This document shows, piece by piece, positions 12,092 to 23,670 of a DNA stretch of 64,000 nucleotides. The notes beneath the pieces were generated by a model. The model was not told where the DNA came from, did no database searches, and saw only the letters and a list, made by a program, of their open reading frames with translations. Each line of letters starts with the position of its first letter. The first letter of the stretch is position 1. The position numbers were made by a program, and so were the translations under genes. The DNA comes from Macrostomum lignano (taxonomy: Eukaryota). Location of the stretch: contig NIVC01002511.1 of the NCBI GenBank assembly GCA_002269645.1, positions 101,818 to 165,817 of the forward strand, given 5' to 3'.

Positions 12092-12752
12092 CCAGTCAAT
12101 CGTCCGATTTCTAGCACAAGCATCAGGTACCATTCTGTTGCACGTGCTGCAGGTCGCCTGGCTTCCTCCTTGACTGTAATTCTGGATAACCTGCCAGATG
12201 TGACACCGGTACTTTTCTAGGGATCCTGTGTCGTTTCTGAAGTGTAGCGGTGATCCAGTTGCAATAGCCCTGGCATACAGACAGACGAAAACACCGCAGC
12301 TATAGCCGTCATTCTGCATGGTCCGTGGCAAAGTATCTGGCTCAAAAGTCACCGGGCTGCTTCTGAACACAGGTGCTGTTTGGTCCACGAACGGAGCGAC
12401 GACATTCGAATCGAGGAGTTGTCTGCAGGAGTATGAAATGTAGTTTAGCGGAATATTTTAAGTACGGATTTTTAGTATATGGATGGACGTTCAGGGCTTT
12501 ATGCTCTATACGATAGCAAGTAAATTTAGAGGCAAAAAGTTAATCAGCACATTGTACGAGCGTAGCTCGTAGGTGCGATTATACGACACAAATGACCTAC
12601 TTCCATCGATGAACTATGGACTTCAATTGACGAATTGCAGCGGCTCCGTTTTTTAGTGAGTCCAGGATTAGAATTTTTCTGCTGGCACCGCAAATCACAA
12701 TTAGATAAAAATGTGACCCGTGTAAGACCGGAACAACTATTTGACTTAGACC
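12092..12752 (-). CDS. Ulp1/SENP (peptidase C48) domain in two exons (12601-12752, 12092-12422) plus the first PHD cysteines
   Basis: IVVPVLHGSHFYLIVI (His), KILILDSL (Asp) and MQNDGYSCGVFVC (oxyanion Gln, catalytic Cys). Splice phases match (AA|GT...AG|A). The exon ends CSTC...TIDW|GT. Confidence 0.85.
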
Positions 12753-13466
12753 CTGCAAATGGACACGGTGTTCGGTAATCATTTAGTAACTGTAGCATGC
12801 GCAGGCAGGCAGTTCGGGCACTCAGTTTGCACTCCGTGACCCCCACCCAGCCTATCCACTTTCCCCTGCTCGAGCACATCCCAACGCGCACTCAATTAAC
12901 CGGAAATCTGAGTTCCGCAGGACAATAAATATGCAGACACAGCCACCTTTTATTTCTCCACTAGGTAACTAACACTCGCAATAACCAGCTAGAGTTGCTC
13001 GCTACAGTAACCTTTAAACCATTCATTTGTAAATTGCTGGCAAATTTGACCAAAAATACGCTCAAAGGGTGGCTACAGTGGCTATCATGGTGTCCAGCTT
13101 TTACATATTCCATATTCGAGTGTATCGTTTCATAAGGGAAGCGTACGTAAGAAAACTATATACACGGAGAGGATCAACGGATAAATTCTTCCGTTAACCC
13201 CCCTAAATAAGGCGTGAAAAAAATTATTACCTTCCATCCAAGAGTTCTCGTCAGCAAATTTTGGCTCTCGCTAGTCAGTTCTCCATCATGTAGGTCAAGG
13301 ATACTGCGAAAATCTCCCTCGCTCATCACTACCTGTGTTGCATTGGTTGACGTTACAGCGGTGCAGTAGGCCAGCAGAATCTAAGATGGATGGACAGCGC
13401 ATCACATTATTGTATATTGGACAGTAGACACTGTTAGGGCGTGCCAGGAAGCATGGATAACTCAAC

Positions 13467-15326
13467 TTACCGAATACTCGAGCAAGTTTTTTTTTCGAGA
13501 CTTTGGCGATGCAACTGTGTTACAGGTATATCACTTCCTGAACCAGGGAGTATAAAAATTAGATCACTGTAGTCCCCATGAGCTTGGCCACCACGTTGAC
13601 GTCCTGAGCGGCGAGCGACCCCTGATTTGAATTCTGTTTGGCATTGATTTAAACCTTTATTTTTTCGAGGTGTACATCTGAATTTGGGCCGGTCGTTTTG
13701 TTTTAATATGTTATTTCGTCTGCAACGCGAACCTTTTCTGTTCATTGGGCAGCAGTCGGGTTCATCCGGGTCGACGAGAGGTGAGTGCATGCTTCCAGGG
13801 TCCTCCGGGTCGACGAAAGGTGAGTGCATGCTGCCAGGGTCCTCCGGGTCGACGAAAGGTGAGTGGCATTCATGTTCTTCCGGTGTGGGTGAATGGGCGT
13901 AATCAGATTCGTCCAGGTCGACGACATTGGAAAAATGTGCATGACTAGCCTTTCCAACGTACAAAGAACGACGCCCTTGCCTTTTCTTTCTGTCCCATCC
14001 TTCTGTTGCCACATCCTCAGTTATCTCAGATTTCCTTTTTCTCCTGAAGCATGCCGCAGGTGTTCGCTGCAAAATGCGACACTCCGATACTCGTCGAAGA
14101 ACAAGTGGGACATAGTGCTCAATAAACTTCGTTAACGAGGTTTTAACCGAAAACTTTTTTTTTACCATTGCGAACCAGCTTTCTACATGCGCGTTTGAAT
14201 AAAACGATTTTGTATCTTTTTCTATTAAATGACTCCACGAAAACATGGCCCAAAAGGGTAATATTGCCAGGTATCGAAGTAAAAAAAAGTCTATCAGCTG
14301 GGGACAGTAAAACTCATTTTGTTTCAGATGTTCATGTGCCGATATGGTCGCCGTTGTGTCTATATTTTGATCGAGAATCCGCTTAAAGTAAATGTAGTAC
14401 GGGGAGTTCTTTAGGATTGCTTCGCCGTCTGATTCTGTCGTGGTATCTGCGTCGTGAGTCACTCTCTTTCGGGCAGCCACTGTGTGTTCTACATAACGAG
14501 ACCCAAAAATAGTAAGTGTGTCTTTAATGATTCCGACGCAAGTATCCTGATTGTTGGAATACTGGATTAAGGAAAAAAACTTTAGAAACAATGTCCGGCA
14601 TCGTGGAGTGATGGATAGTTTCTTGCAATAGTCCGACACGGATTTAATAACGTGGTTACTACACAGGAAGACTCCATAACTTATCTCACTTGGAACTTGT
14701 TGCATGAAAAAGTGGTAGTGCATGTTAAGGTATGTAGCCACATCAGTATGGTGGAAGTCGAGACAAGCGTATATCTGTGCCCAAGAAAAATCTGTGACGA
14801 AAAGTATGCTTACATCAGTTGAGCAGGGCGTGCTCATAAATTGCAAAATTTTATGCCGTAAAACCTTCAAGAAGTGAGAAATCGATGCAACGTTGTGCGA
14901 GTCGGATATTAAATTAGCGACAGAAGCAGATGGTACAGAATTCGTTGCCGATGTGACGATAGAATACAGCAGTATGGAGCCAGGTGAAGTACTTTTCTCA
15001 ATCAGGGATCCCGTGGCGTCTATATGCAATACCGTAGGTGCAGCGTTGCGCAGCATTGACGTAAGCAGTGTTATCTCATTTTGGGAAAACATTACTACGC
15101 GGAGGGGATCTAAACAACGTTCAAGTATCATTCCGGGTAGCAATGGATGAGGAAATTTCTCTTCATATACCAATTTCAGCTTCCCTAAGGCAACGAAAAG
15201 CAGAGGGTGCAGCTGCTCCTCTTTTTCCATTAGACTTTTAATATTGTGCATGACAGTTTTTGTTTTGCATGCATCCCAGTTACGAGACAATATAAAAGGC
15301 AAATTATCTAGCGACAAAAAACGCAT
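13467..15326 (-). CDS. MULE-family DDE transposase core (Rehavkus/NOF-like)
   Basis: 619-aa ORF with LHIDATGS (D1), VTDFSWA (D2), LCSNHVIK (CxxH) and NAHVESWF (E). It ends at a canonical donor (CG|GTAAGT, about 13471), which suggests splicing onward to the protease exons. Confidence 0.85.
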   Translation of the reverse strand: MRFLSLDNLPFILSRNWDACKTKTVMHNIKSLMEKEEQLHPLLFVALGKLKLVYEEKFPHPLLPGMILERCLDPLRVVMFSQNEITLLTSMLRNAAPTVLHIDATGSLIEKSTSPGSILLYSIVTSATNSVPSASVANLISDSHNVASISHFLKVLRHKILQFMSTPCSTDVSILFVTDFSWAQIYACLDFHHTDVATYLNMHYHFFMQQVPSEISYGVFLCSNHVIKSVSDYCKKLSITPRCRTLFLKFFSLIQYSNNQDTCVGIIKDTLTIFGSRYVEHTVAARKRVTHDADTTTESDGEAILKNSPYYIYFKRILDQNIDTTATISAHEHLKQNEFYCPQLIDFFLLRYLAILPFWAMFSWSHLIEKDTKSFYSNAHVESWFAMVKKKFSVKTSLTKFIEHYVPLVLRRVSECRILQRTPAACFRRKRKSEITEDVATEGWDRKKRQGRRSLYVGKASHAHFSNVVDLDESDYAHSPTPEEHECHSPFVDPEDPGSMHSPFVDPEDPGSMHSPLVDPDEPDCCPMNRKGSRCRRNNILKQNDRPKFRCTPRKNKGLNQCQTEFKSGVARRSGRQRGGQAHGDYSDLIFILPGSGSDIPVTQLHRQSLEKKTCSSIR

Positions 15327-15372
15327 TCTAAACGCCTCCGTAGGTCCTAACTCTCGAATATCGGAACAAAAT

Positions 15373-16143
15373 TCAGCTCTCTCTCTCCTTGTTGTTAATG
15401 GTCAAAAAATTCTGCTTTGATTTCCTTGAATTGTAGCTTCTAATATGGTTGTAACCAGTCATTTTTAGGCAACATGTAGTGACAGATTTCATTGCACGGC
15501 AAATAACTTCATTAGTGTTCGGCAGTGAGTATCTATAGCGAGGCCCCGATTGGGTCTCCTCCAATCGTAAATTGATTAGACGGATATCTTCCTCACCTAT
15601 CTCTATACTTAGTCGCTCAGACGCTTCACAAAACTGAATCTCTTCTTCAAACGATAGATTAGCAGAGGAGCTAGCACCAAACGAAGGACTAAGGCTGCAG
15701 GATTCATTTAACTCAGCGGCTTGAACACCTTCCTGGACGGAGGGTTCATCGCTTTCATCGTCAGTGTCCAGATGTTCAACGGAATTGCAGTCAGGTTTAT
15801 GTTTCTCCGAACTGGTGTTACTTTGGTTCACAGACTGTACATTATCGTTTTTTTTGCTTTCTTCCCTCCGTCGATCTTCAGCGGACGCTCGGACAGGAGA
15901 CGCGAGCACGTTATTTTTTGCACATCTCCTTCTCTTTACAGTCTTTTTTCTCGAACGGAATCCCGTGCCATCCGCTTCTCTATAACCATTCGATCTGCGA
16001 ATGAAATTCCACAATATGACTCGATTACGCAACCGGTTTCTAATTTTCAGGACCTTACACAGGTAGGTATAGATTGGAATTGATGTACGGAAACTGGATG
16101 GTCGTTCGTAAGTATCTGGAGCATTCTTCAGGGCAGTCCGAAC
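15373..16143 (-). CDS. N-terminal part of the same transposase; separated from the core by a frameshift in a (GA)n run
   Basis: The frame is open from a TTTTTAG acceptor at 16143 to 15373, with basic (RSRKKTVKRRR) and acidic segments and a C..H-containing region. The next frame continues ...RAEFCSDIRELGPTEAFRMRF into the 619-aa ORF. Confidence 0.6.
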   Translation of the reverse strand, partial: VRTALKNAPDTYERPSSFRTSIPIYTYLCKVLKIRNRLRNRVILWNFIRRSNGYREADGTGFRSRKKTVKRRRCAKNNVLASPVRASAEDRRREESKKNDNVQSVNQSNTSSEKHKPDCNSVEHLDTDDESDEPSVQEGVQAAELNESCSLSPSFGASSSANLSFEEEIQFCEASERLSIEIGEEDIRLINLRLEETQSGPRYRYSLPNTNEVICRAMKSVTTCCLKMTGYNHIRSYNSRKSKQNFLTINNKERES

Positions 16144-16257
16144 CTAAAAAGTTCATTTTGTTAGAGGAGTCTAAATAATTATGACACCACCTCGTGCTGT
16201 CTACCTATGTACCTGTTTGATCCAATTTGTGTATAACTCAAAAATAAGCGTTCCAAA

Positions 16258-16508
16258 CTGTGGCGGATCTAGAATTTTATTCTGGGGGGGGGCGGTCCAA
16301 GTTTGGGGCGCCAACATGAGTTTGAGGGGCGCCAATTTTAAGCTAGGGGCGCAAAAAATGCGCGGAGGGGGCGAAAAATCAAGTTTAAAGGGAGCGCAAG
16401 TTCGCGGTTCACAGTTTTTGGTTTTTGGGGGGCGCAATGTGGTACAACGAGCTGTGTCGGCAGCCGCCCGCCCCGCCCCCGCCTCCCCCCCCCCTAAATC
16501 CGCCCCTG
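16258..16508. mobile_element. hAT-like MITE in an intron of the transposase gene
   Basis: TIR ctgtggcggatctag / ctaaatccgcccctg, poly-G and poly-C subtermini, approximate TSD gttccaaa/gttcaaac and internal ggcgccaa motifs. Confidence 0.7.
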
Positions 16509-19500
16509 GTTCAAACGTTAAAGATGCTAACGCAAAATGAACATAACCAACGAATTTCCCTTAACACATTAAAATTAGAACAGCAGGCGTTACTTCTACA
16601 AAAACTCTTAAAAATTTCACAAATTAACGTTTAACGCTCATACACGGATTAACCACTTGAGTTATTGAAACAGAAATTGTCATTGCCCACCTCGTTCTTT
16701 GATGGAAATCCACCGCAAGTGGTTACTACCAGAGTAAAAGCCACAAGAGCAGCAACCACGACGGTTACTTTCCGCATTGCTCGAAGGTCTACAACACATT
16801 TTTCGAGGACATACACTGAATATTACGTAAGTGGCTAGTACAAATAGTTTCACTCAATATTTTCCAGGTAACTCTGGACGCTGAATAGCAGTTGGAAGTC
16901 GAGAAATAAATCAAGGAAAGATAAATAATCTACGTGTTCTTAATTTTAAGCATAGTGTACTTGTTTTTCCTACCTTAATTGACGATTGTGATTCGATTAC
17001 TGTCGCTCCGACAAAATAGTGACGTTTGCTATAGAAAAAAAGTTAATTCTACCCGATTTATTTTTCTTTAGCTAGTAATGCTGATTAATAGAAATTTGGC
17101 TCTCGATGCTTGAAGGCGAAAAAACAATAGCGCAGGAGCCCACTGGAGTGGGTATACTAGCTTATATAATTTATCAAAGAAGCCCAAAAACTTCTCGGAC
17201 ATGTGAATGTACATTAGGCCGATACCACTACTTCGAAAAATCGATTAACGGGGATACAGTCTGACCAGAAGTGGGGGGTCAGTATGCAGGGGCGGCGTGG
17301 CGGTGCAATGCTATTTGACAGAAAAGACGGATATTTTCTCACTTAGGTTGTACAGTAAGAGAAGCGATTACCATAGACTATCTTGAATTTTTTATTGTAC
17401 AAGATGTGACTCGTGAGCTAAAAATTCGAAACGTGACATGCATCGGTGACAATAGAACAGTAGCAAGAGTCTATTTAAGTCCTGGATGTATTTTATGGAA
17501 CTCTAACAACATACTGGCGAAGCCAGCATAACGTGTTTGCCTCCTTCATCCACACATGTGAGCGAACGTAGATTACTTGTTTTCAAAAGTTTCCCCGAAC
17601 TTAGTTAATCAATATAAATGAGGCCAAAACAATGTTCTGCCTTCCTGCGTAAATAAATGAGCAAGATAAAAAAATGTTTACTATCAAAATGTAACAAAAT
17701 TTTGAGTCGAATGGTCAAGCGAAGCCAAAGTGAGCGAACTTGAATATCGATCTGCCTTATAAAATCACATGTATTTTAAATGGGAGCACATCGAAAATCG
17801 GTGCCATTTCGAGCCAGAGTGACGGATCGAGCTGAAACTGTATATTTATCGGTTTCTGAGTTGCACTTTTTAGTGTGTAAAATTTCATGTTGAATGGTCA
17901 AGCCAAAGTGAGCGAACTCGAATATCGATCTGCCTTATAAAATCACATGTATTTTAAATGGGAGCACATCGAAAATCGGTGCCATTTCGAGCCAGAGTGA
18001 CGGATCGAGCTGAAACTGCACATTTATCGGTTTCTGAGTTGCACTTTTTAGTGTGTAAAATTTCATGTTGAATGGTCAAGCCAAAGTGAGCGAACTCGAA
18101 TATCGATCTGCCTTATAAAATCACATGTATTTTAAATAGGAGCACATCGAAAATCGGTGCCATTTCGAGCCAGAGTGACGGATCGAGCTGAAACTGTATA
18201 TTTATCGGTTTCTGAGTTGCACTTTTTAGTGTGTAAAATTTCATGTTGAATGGTCAAGCCAAAGTGAGCGAACTCGAATATCGATCTGCCTTATAAAATC
18301 ACATGTATTTTAAATGGGAGCACATCGAAAATCGGTGCCATTTCGAGCCAGAGTGACGGATCGAGCTGAAACTGTATATTTATCGGTTTCTGAGTTGCAC
18401 TTTTTAGTGTGTAAAATTTCATGTTGAATGGTCAAGCCAAAGTGAGCGAACTCGAATATCGATCTGCCTTATAAAATCACATGTATTTTAAATAGGAGCA
18501 CATCGAAAATCGGTGCCATTTCGAGCCAGAGTGACGGATCGAGCTGAAACTGCACATTTATCGGTTTCTGAGTTGCACTTTTTAGTGTGTAAAATTTCAT
18601 GTTGAATGGTCAAGCCAAAGTGAGCGAACTCGAATATCGATCTGCCTTATAAAATCACATGTATTTTAAATGGGAGCACATCGAAAATCGGTGCCATTTC
18701 GAGCCAGAGTGACGGATCGAGCTGAAACTGTATATTTATCGGTTTCTGAGTTGCACTTTTTAGTGTGTAAAATTTCATGTTGAATGGTCAAGCCAAAGTG
18801 AGCGAACTCGAATATCGATCTGCCTTATAAAATCACATGTATTTTAAATGGGAGCACATCGAAAATCGGTGCCATTTCGAGCCAGAGTGATGGATCAAGC
18901 TGAAACTTAATTTTTGCAATGTTCTTGGTTGCACTTTTTTTCCTGTCAAACGGCGTTCTAAAATATTTTTGCAGAGCAGAGATTTTGTTAGTTTTCGAAT
19001 ATCAATCTGAATATCGATCGGGAAACAAATGCGTAACTAATTTTGCATCGAAATAATTTTGATTTTGATTTCGAATTTCGACACCATTCATCGAAAATCA
19101 TTTTGAAATTTTGGTTATATTTTAACAATTTAGACATTGATGATCATGCTATACAAGTAAGAAAATCTATAGGAAGTGAAACGAAGTGCGGTTCAAAGAC
19201 TCAGTGGGGAGGTGAGAATCGTCTTTTCTACAAGAAAAGATTGTGCGGGGCACACTGCACACACTGTTCTAGGCCTTGTGCTGCACCCACCTCAACCTCC
19301 ACAAGCCCACTGGCTGAACTCATTGGCGTGGATTTTAATTGGCTAAAGATTTAAAGCCTTAATAAGATGGATATAGGCTACTCGTATCTAGATCTTCAGC
19401 TTAAACAGCGGTGAAGTATAATACAACTTCTACTATATTTCTATGTGGACGAGTGTATAATACATAATTCACCAGCATTTTATATTTTGTATTTTTTAAA

Positions 19501-21837
19501 GTAAGTTAAATATTAAGTATTCTGGTTTAAACATATCAAAGATACTTTTTATAAAATATGTAAGCTCATACATGCAGAGGCAAGGTGTTAACCTTTTTGC
19601 ATAGCAAAAAAGTAAAAATTTGTTAAGCTTAAAAATTTTGATTTCGATTTTGATTTCAATTTTGATTTCGATTCTAAGGAACCGAAAATTTTGATTTCGA
19701 TTTGGATTTGAAAAATAATTTCGATCCATCACTACAATGTATTCTGGGTTTTTTTGGGTCATATGGGGTTTTTTGGCCCCTTAAAAAATCTTATTGGCAA
19801 CTGGATTTTTGGCATCAAAGGCCAATCTGGCAACTTCATTTTCCTTGTACCAGTTGCCAATTTAAAAAAATGATTTTGTAAGTGTAATAAAAGACTACAC
19901 AAAAATTTAATAAAACTATATAAATCAATGTGATGGAATTATTAGTTTGTTATTATTTGCAGAATAGATAGCAATCTTAGAGTTGAGAAGAAAACAAATT
20001 TCTGCTTTTTAAGTGCAGCTTTGGAAATATCCATCCTTGAGAATGTAGCAGGCCTGCTTCCTCTATCTCTCAGAATCCCACTAAGTGCCACAAAGTTGTA
20101 GCAGGGGTTCCTACTTCTAGCTTATAATTCCACAGCTGAATCACCAAGTTGTTGCAGGCCTTCTGGCTCTCTCTATTTAATTCTAAAGTTTAAACACTGA
20201 ACTGTACTAAAACTGCTAAATTTGCTATTTCTAAGAATCCTATTTCTATGCTTATGTGTACTTTTACGTTATGGGCTATCGTCGCTACGAGTTACCCCTG
20301 GTAGCTTCAGTGCCCGAGCGGCAAGACACTGCTGACTACTGTTAAATTCCTAAAATTATCCAGTCCAAACACGGCGCGTTTACGACAGACCGAGGGGTTT
20401 CCGGCTTCCTGTCTCTCACGACTTAGAACTGCATCACGCTAATCTGAGCAACCTGAAAATTCTCCCTTCCTGGGTAATCCAACCTTTCTACACTGGGTAT
20501 TCCACCCTTTGTACTGGGTATTCCACCCTCTTTGCACTGGGTATTCCACCCTCTTTACTGGGTATTCCACCCTCTTTGATCAGCAATCCCTGCTTGTCAC
20601 TGTACTGGCAAAACGCTTTCTGCTATCCAACACGGTAACTTAGTTTGCAATACTGCTTCAAAGGACTAATTCAGAAGAACCAAGAAATCTTAATTTCCTG
20701 TTAACTGATTAGGAACCCGAAAGGTTGAGGTTTCGTTTTATTTTGGCCTTGTATTTATACTAGTTAGAGTCTTGTTTCATTGGCTTACGTATCTAACATT
20801 AAAACAAATGAATAGCTAAAACAAATTATTCGCATCATTAAAACAATATTATTCAGTAAAACAAATTTACGAATTAAAACAAATTATACGGTACTTGTTA
20901 TTTTGGCGGGAATTTGATTTCGCGGAAAGATACTAATTTAAGCATAGGCCCTTCTACAAGAATATGGCTAGTTGCCAATGGGCAACCAAAAATAGGCATT
21001 GGCAATTGGATTTTGAGCCCAAGGGCCAGCTGACAACTAGATTTCCAACCTTAAAAAACTCAGAAAGTATTCATTTATAGACTCAAGAATAATTCTACTT
21101 GCTAGATAATTTTGCCACAGAACATGAGAGCCCTGGTTTAGACAGCTCATCAGATGCAAAACACAAATATAGTAGAGATACAAGCTATTTAAACCTGCAG
21201 ATTTTGAGACTGCTAAATTCTAAGTTTATGAAACTACGAGTATTTTTGCATAGATTCTTAAATTGAAGTCAGGCTCTAAACTCTTAACTGGTTAGCAAAA
21301 ATTTTAAAACTCCCGCGCGCTCAGGGTACGAATTTCCTAGAAAGCATCTTTCGCTAATTCCGGAATATAATCTGTCTATCCCCACTATTTATAAATTCAC
21401 AAAATAAGTTAAGTTCAAGTAAACTTATTTAATTATAACGCACATTCATTGCACTAGCTAACTATCAGCAAATCAATTCCTTTTTGTCGAATTCTGGAAA
21501 GTTTTTCTTTCGGTTTAATTAGGTATGGAAGTTTTTCATAGTTAGTGCATTGTTTATATTTGTATATAAATTGATACTTACTGACCAACTTTTATTAGAA
21601 TCGCGGTTTGCTACCTTATATTAGTATAACATGTCAGCTAGCGCTTATGTGCTTGCATGGTGTACGTACATGTACATGTACATATACATGTATGTACATG
21701 TTGAGTCGATCCAGTCGAGCTTCTTTCGAAATCGATATTTCCTAAAAAGTGAGCCTCCACATCCCGTGCGCAATTTCAGAGCTAAGTATAAGGGTCCGGG
21801 CCCAAAAATAAAGTGCCCTCTGTCTGATGTTCATGAC

Positions 21838-22026
21838 CAGCTGGGAGCTGGTACGGATCCAGAAAATTTTGAACGGGGGGCGCAGATTACTAAGGTACAT
21901 GTATGTATATCATGTACATTGTATATGCACACGATAATGTGTATTTTCCATATAAAAAATATAAAAAATTCTAACTCGACGGTTGGGGGCGCGTGCTCTG
22001 TACGCCTGCCCCTAAATACGCCACTG
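21838..22026. mobile_element. Degenerate hAT-like MITE
   Basis: Starts cag...tacggatccagaaaatttt..gggggg and ends cccctaaatacgccactg; TSD ttcatgac/ctcatgac (7/8). Confidence 0.6.
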
Positions 22027-23469
22027 CTCATGACATTCTAAATGTCAAATTTCATTCATGTTCATGTAATGCATGTAAGTGATCGATTAAGTGCTTAACG
22101 CAATCACACAGTGCAGTGCTATCAGTGATACATGTTTTTCATGTGTGCACTAGTTTTAGGCAAAGTTAACTATGATCTTCGCAGGTTTTCATGCTGGCCA
22201 ATTTTCTACGAAAATATATACATACGAGCATACATGTTATATTATGTATATGTATCATACTTATACACGCTATTATAGCTAACAACTTATGCATGTTATT
22301 CAGTAGTACGAGACCGAGTAGTATTGCAATTATAATCTTCAAAAGGATTTGACACTAGAGTCTCTAAAACTCAGAGATAATGCAGGAGGCAGGGAACAGT
22401 GGGGCAACTGACCCCAGACATTGATGATTAATATCATCTTCAAGTTCAATGTAATGGGAGATCGAGGACATAAGTACATGATGTATTAGATTCATTTATT
22501 AGATAATTTTTTAGCGTATTTTCCTTATACTTCTACTGGCAGTAGAGTATAAAATAAAAGTTTAGTATAATTTAGGCTGGGTATTTTTTGTGCGTTTCGT
22601 ACTTAAACAATTATCGATATACCAGTTTTTATTTTTATATACGGTACAAGTATTTCGTGGTGGGTCTAGCCATATAAATATAAATATATACTGGAGCGGT
22701 CTGTAAAGCTCACTACTTCTCTGCTGCAACTGCAAGTACAACTGTACGTAATAACCAACAGCATCCAGTCGAGGTCAAATGCCCCCCTGTTAAAAAAGGG
22801 CTTCGAAAAAATTTTCTTTGAAAAACTATACAGACGGTGGCTTCTGCTCGCTCTACTTTTTTGATTCCACGAAACTCTTCCGTTAAAATTATCTTAAGCT
22901 TTTATCAATGATTTCAACTCCCCAAAACTCAAACTTCCCCTCGGCATTAAAAAGTTTCATCAAATTAACAAATTTTCGTTAAAGTATCTCGCAGCAATCG
23001 TTCTCAACCTCAGGAGAACTAAACCCTTCAGGATTTCAAGTCCGCCCCAGCTCTTGGTACACTTTAATCCGAGTTAAGTCCAGCCCCATTAACCTTATCG
23101 ATTCTAGCGAATGCAACGGAGCCATAAAACCGGTTCAGAATGCAATTTAAAAGGATTTTCTTGGCAAGATTTGATCATGATTTTTGCCAGTTCAACTTCT
23201 ACAGCGACTGAGCTTCACAGTTCTAAAAATGTAGATTTTAATTTGATTCAGGACATACCTAATCCTCGATCGATGCCATGCTTTAACAAACTTGAGCGAG
23301 CTGTCCCGAACTTAATTTGTATTTTTCTGCTTTCATCGGATCGGCACTTAAATTATGAGTTGTATTGTATTTCTAGTTTCCTAAAAAGATGCGAAGCTGT
23401 TTTCTGTGTTTTGTTGATGTTGATGTTCATGAGCATGTGAAAGATGCTGTCCTGTCCCGTGCTGTGCTG

Positions 23470-23670
23470 TTTTGTGCTGTACCAGCACCAGAGGCGCCAG
23501 CACCAGGGACTTCAGCACCAGGGACTTTAGCACCAGGGGCGCTAACACCAGGGGCTTTAGCCCAGGGACTTTAGCACCAGGGGAGCTAGCACCAGGGGCT
23601 TTAGCACCAAGGGCTTTAGCACCAAGAGGCTTTAGCACCAGGGGCACCAGCACCAGGGGCGCCAGCACTA
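23470..23670. repeat. 15-bp minisatellite (gcaccaggggcgcca / gcaccaggggcttta)
   Basis: Same family as 26507-26815 and 56515-56865. Confidence 0.85.

Larger units (their letters stand above)
10292..19034 (-). mobile_element. Foldback Mutator-like transposon (Rehavkus / FB-NOF type) with long modular inverted arms
   Basis: The left arm (10292-11159) is the reverse complement of the right arm (17628-19034). The arms contain 4 and 7 tandem 178-bp units. An 8-bp direct repeat, aactaatt, flanks the ends (10284-10291, 19035-19042). The interior encodes a MULE transposase, Ulp1 and PHD. Confidence 0.88.
10236..19734. mobile_element. Outer hAT-like non-autonomous element (TAGTG termini) that hosts the foldback element
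   Basis: Perfect 18-bp TIR tagtgatggatcgaaatt (10236-10253; reverse complement at 19717-19734). Flanks are caatgtatta and caatgtattc, and both sides carry gatttc subterminal repeats. Confidence 0.7.

Noticed and set aside
12544-12891. 115-aa ORF overlapping the Ulp1 exon
   Set aside because: It is an alternative frame; the catalytic His and Asp lie in the 12601-12752 frame.
19790-21136. Possible hAT element marked by tggcaac/gttgcca clusters and an agagccctg end
   Set aside because: I could not find a matching left TIR or a TSD.
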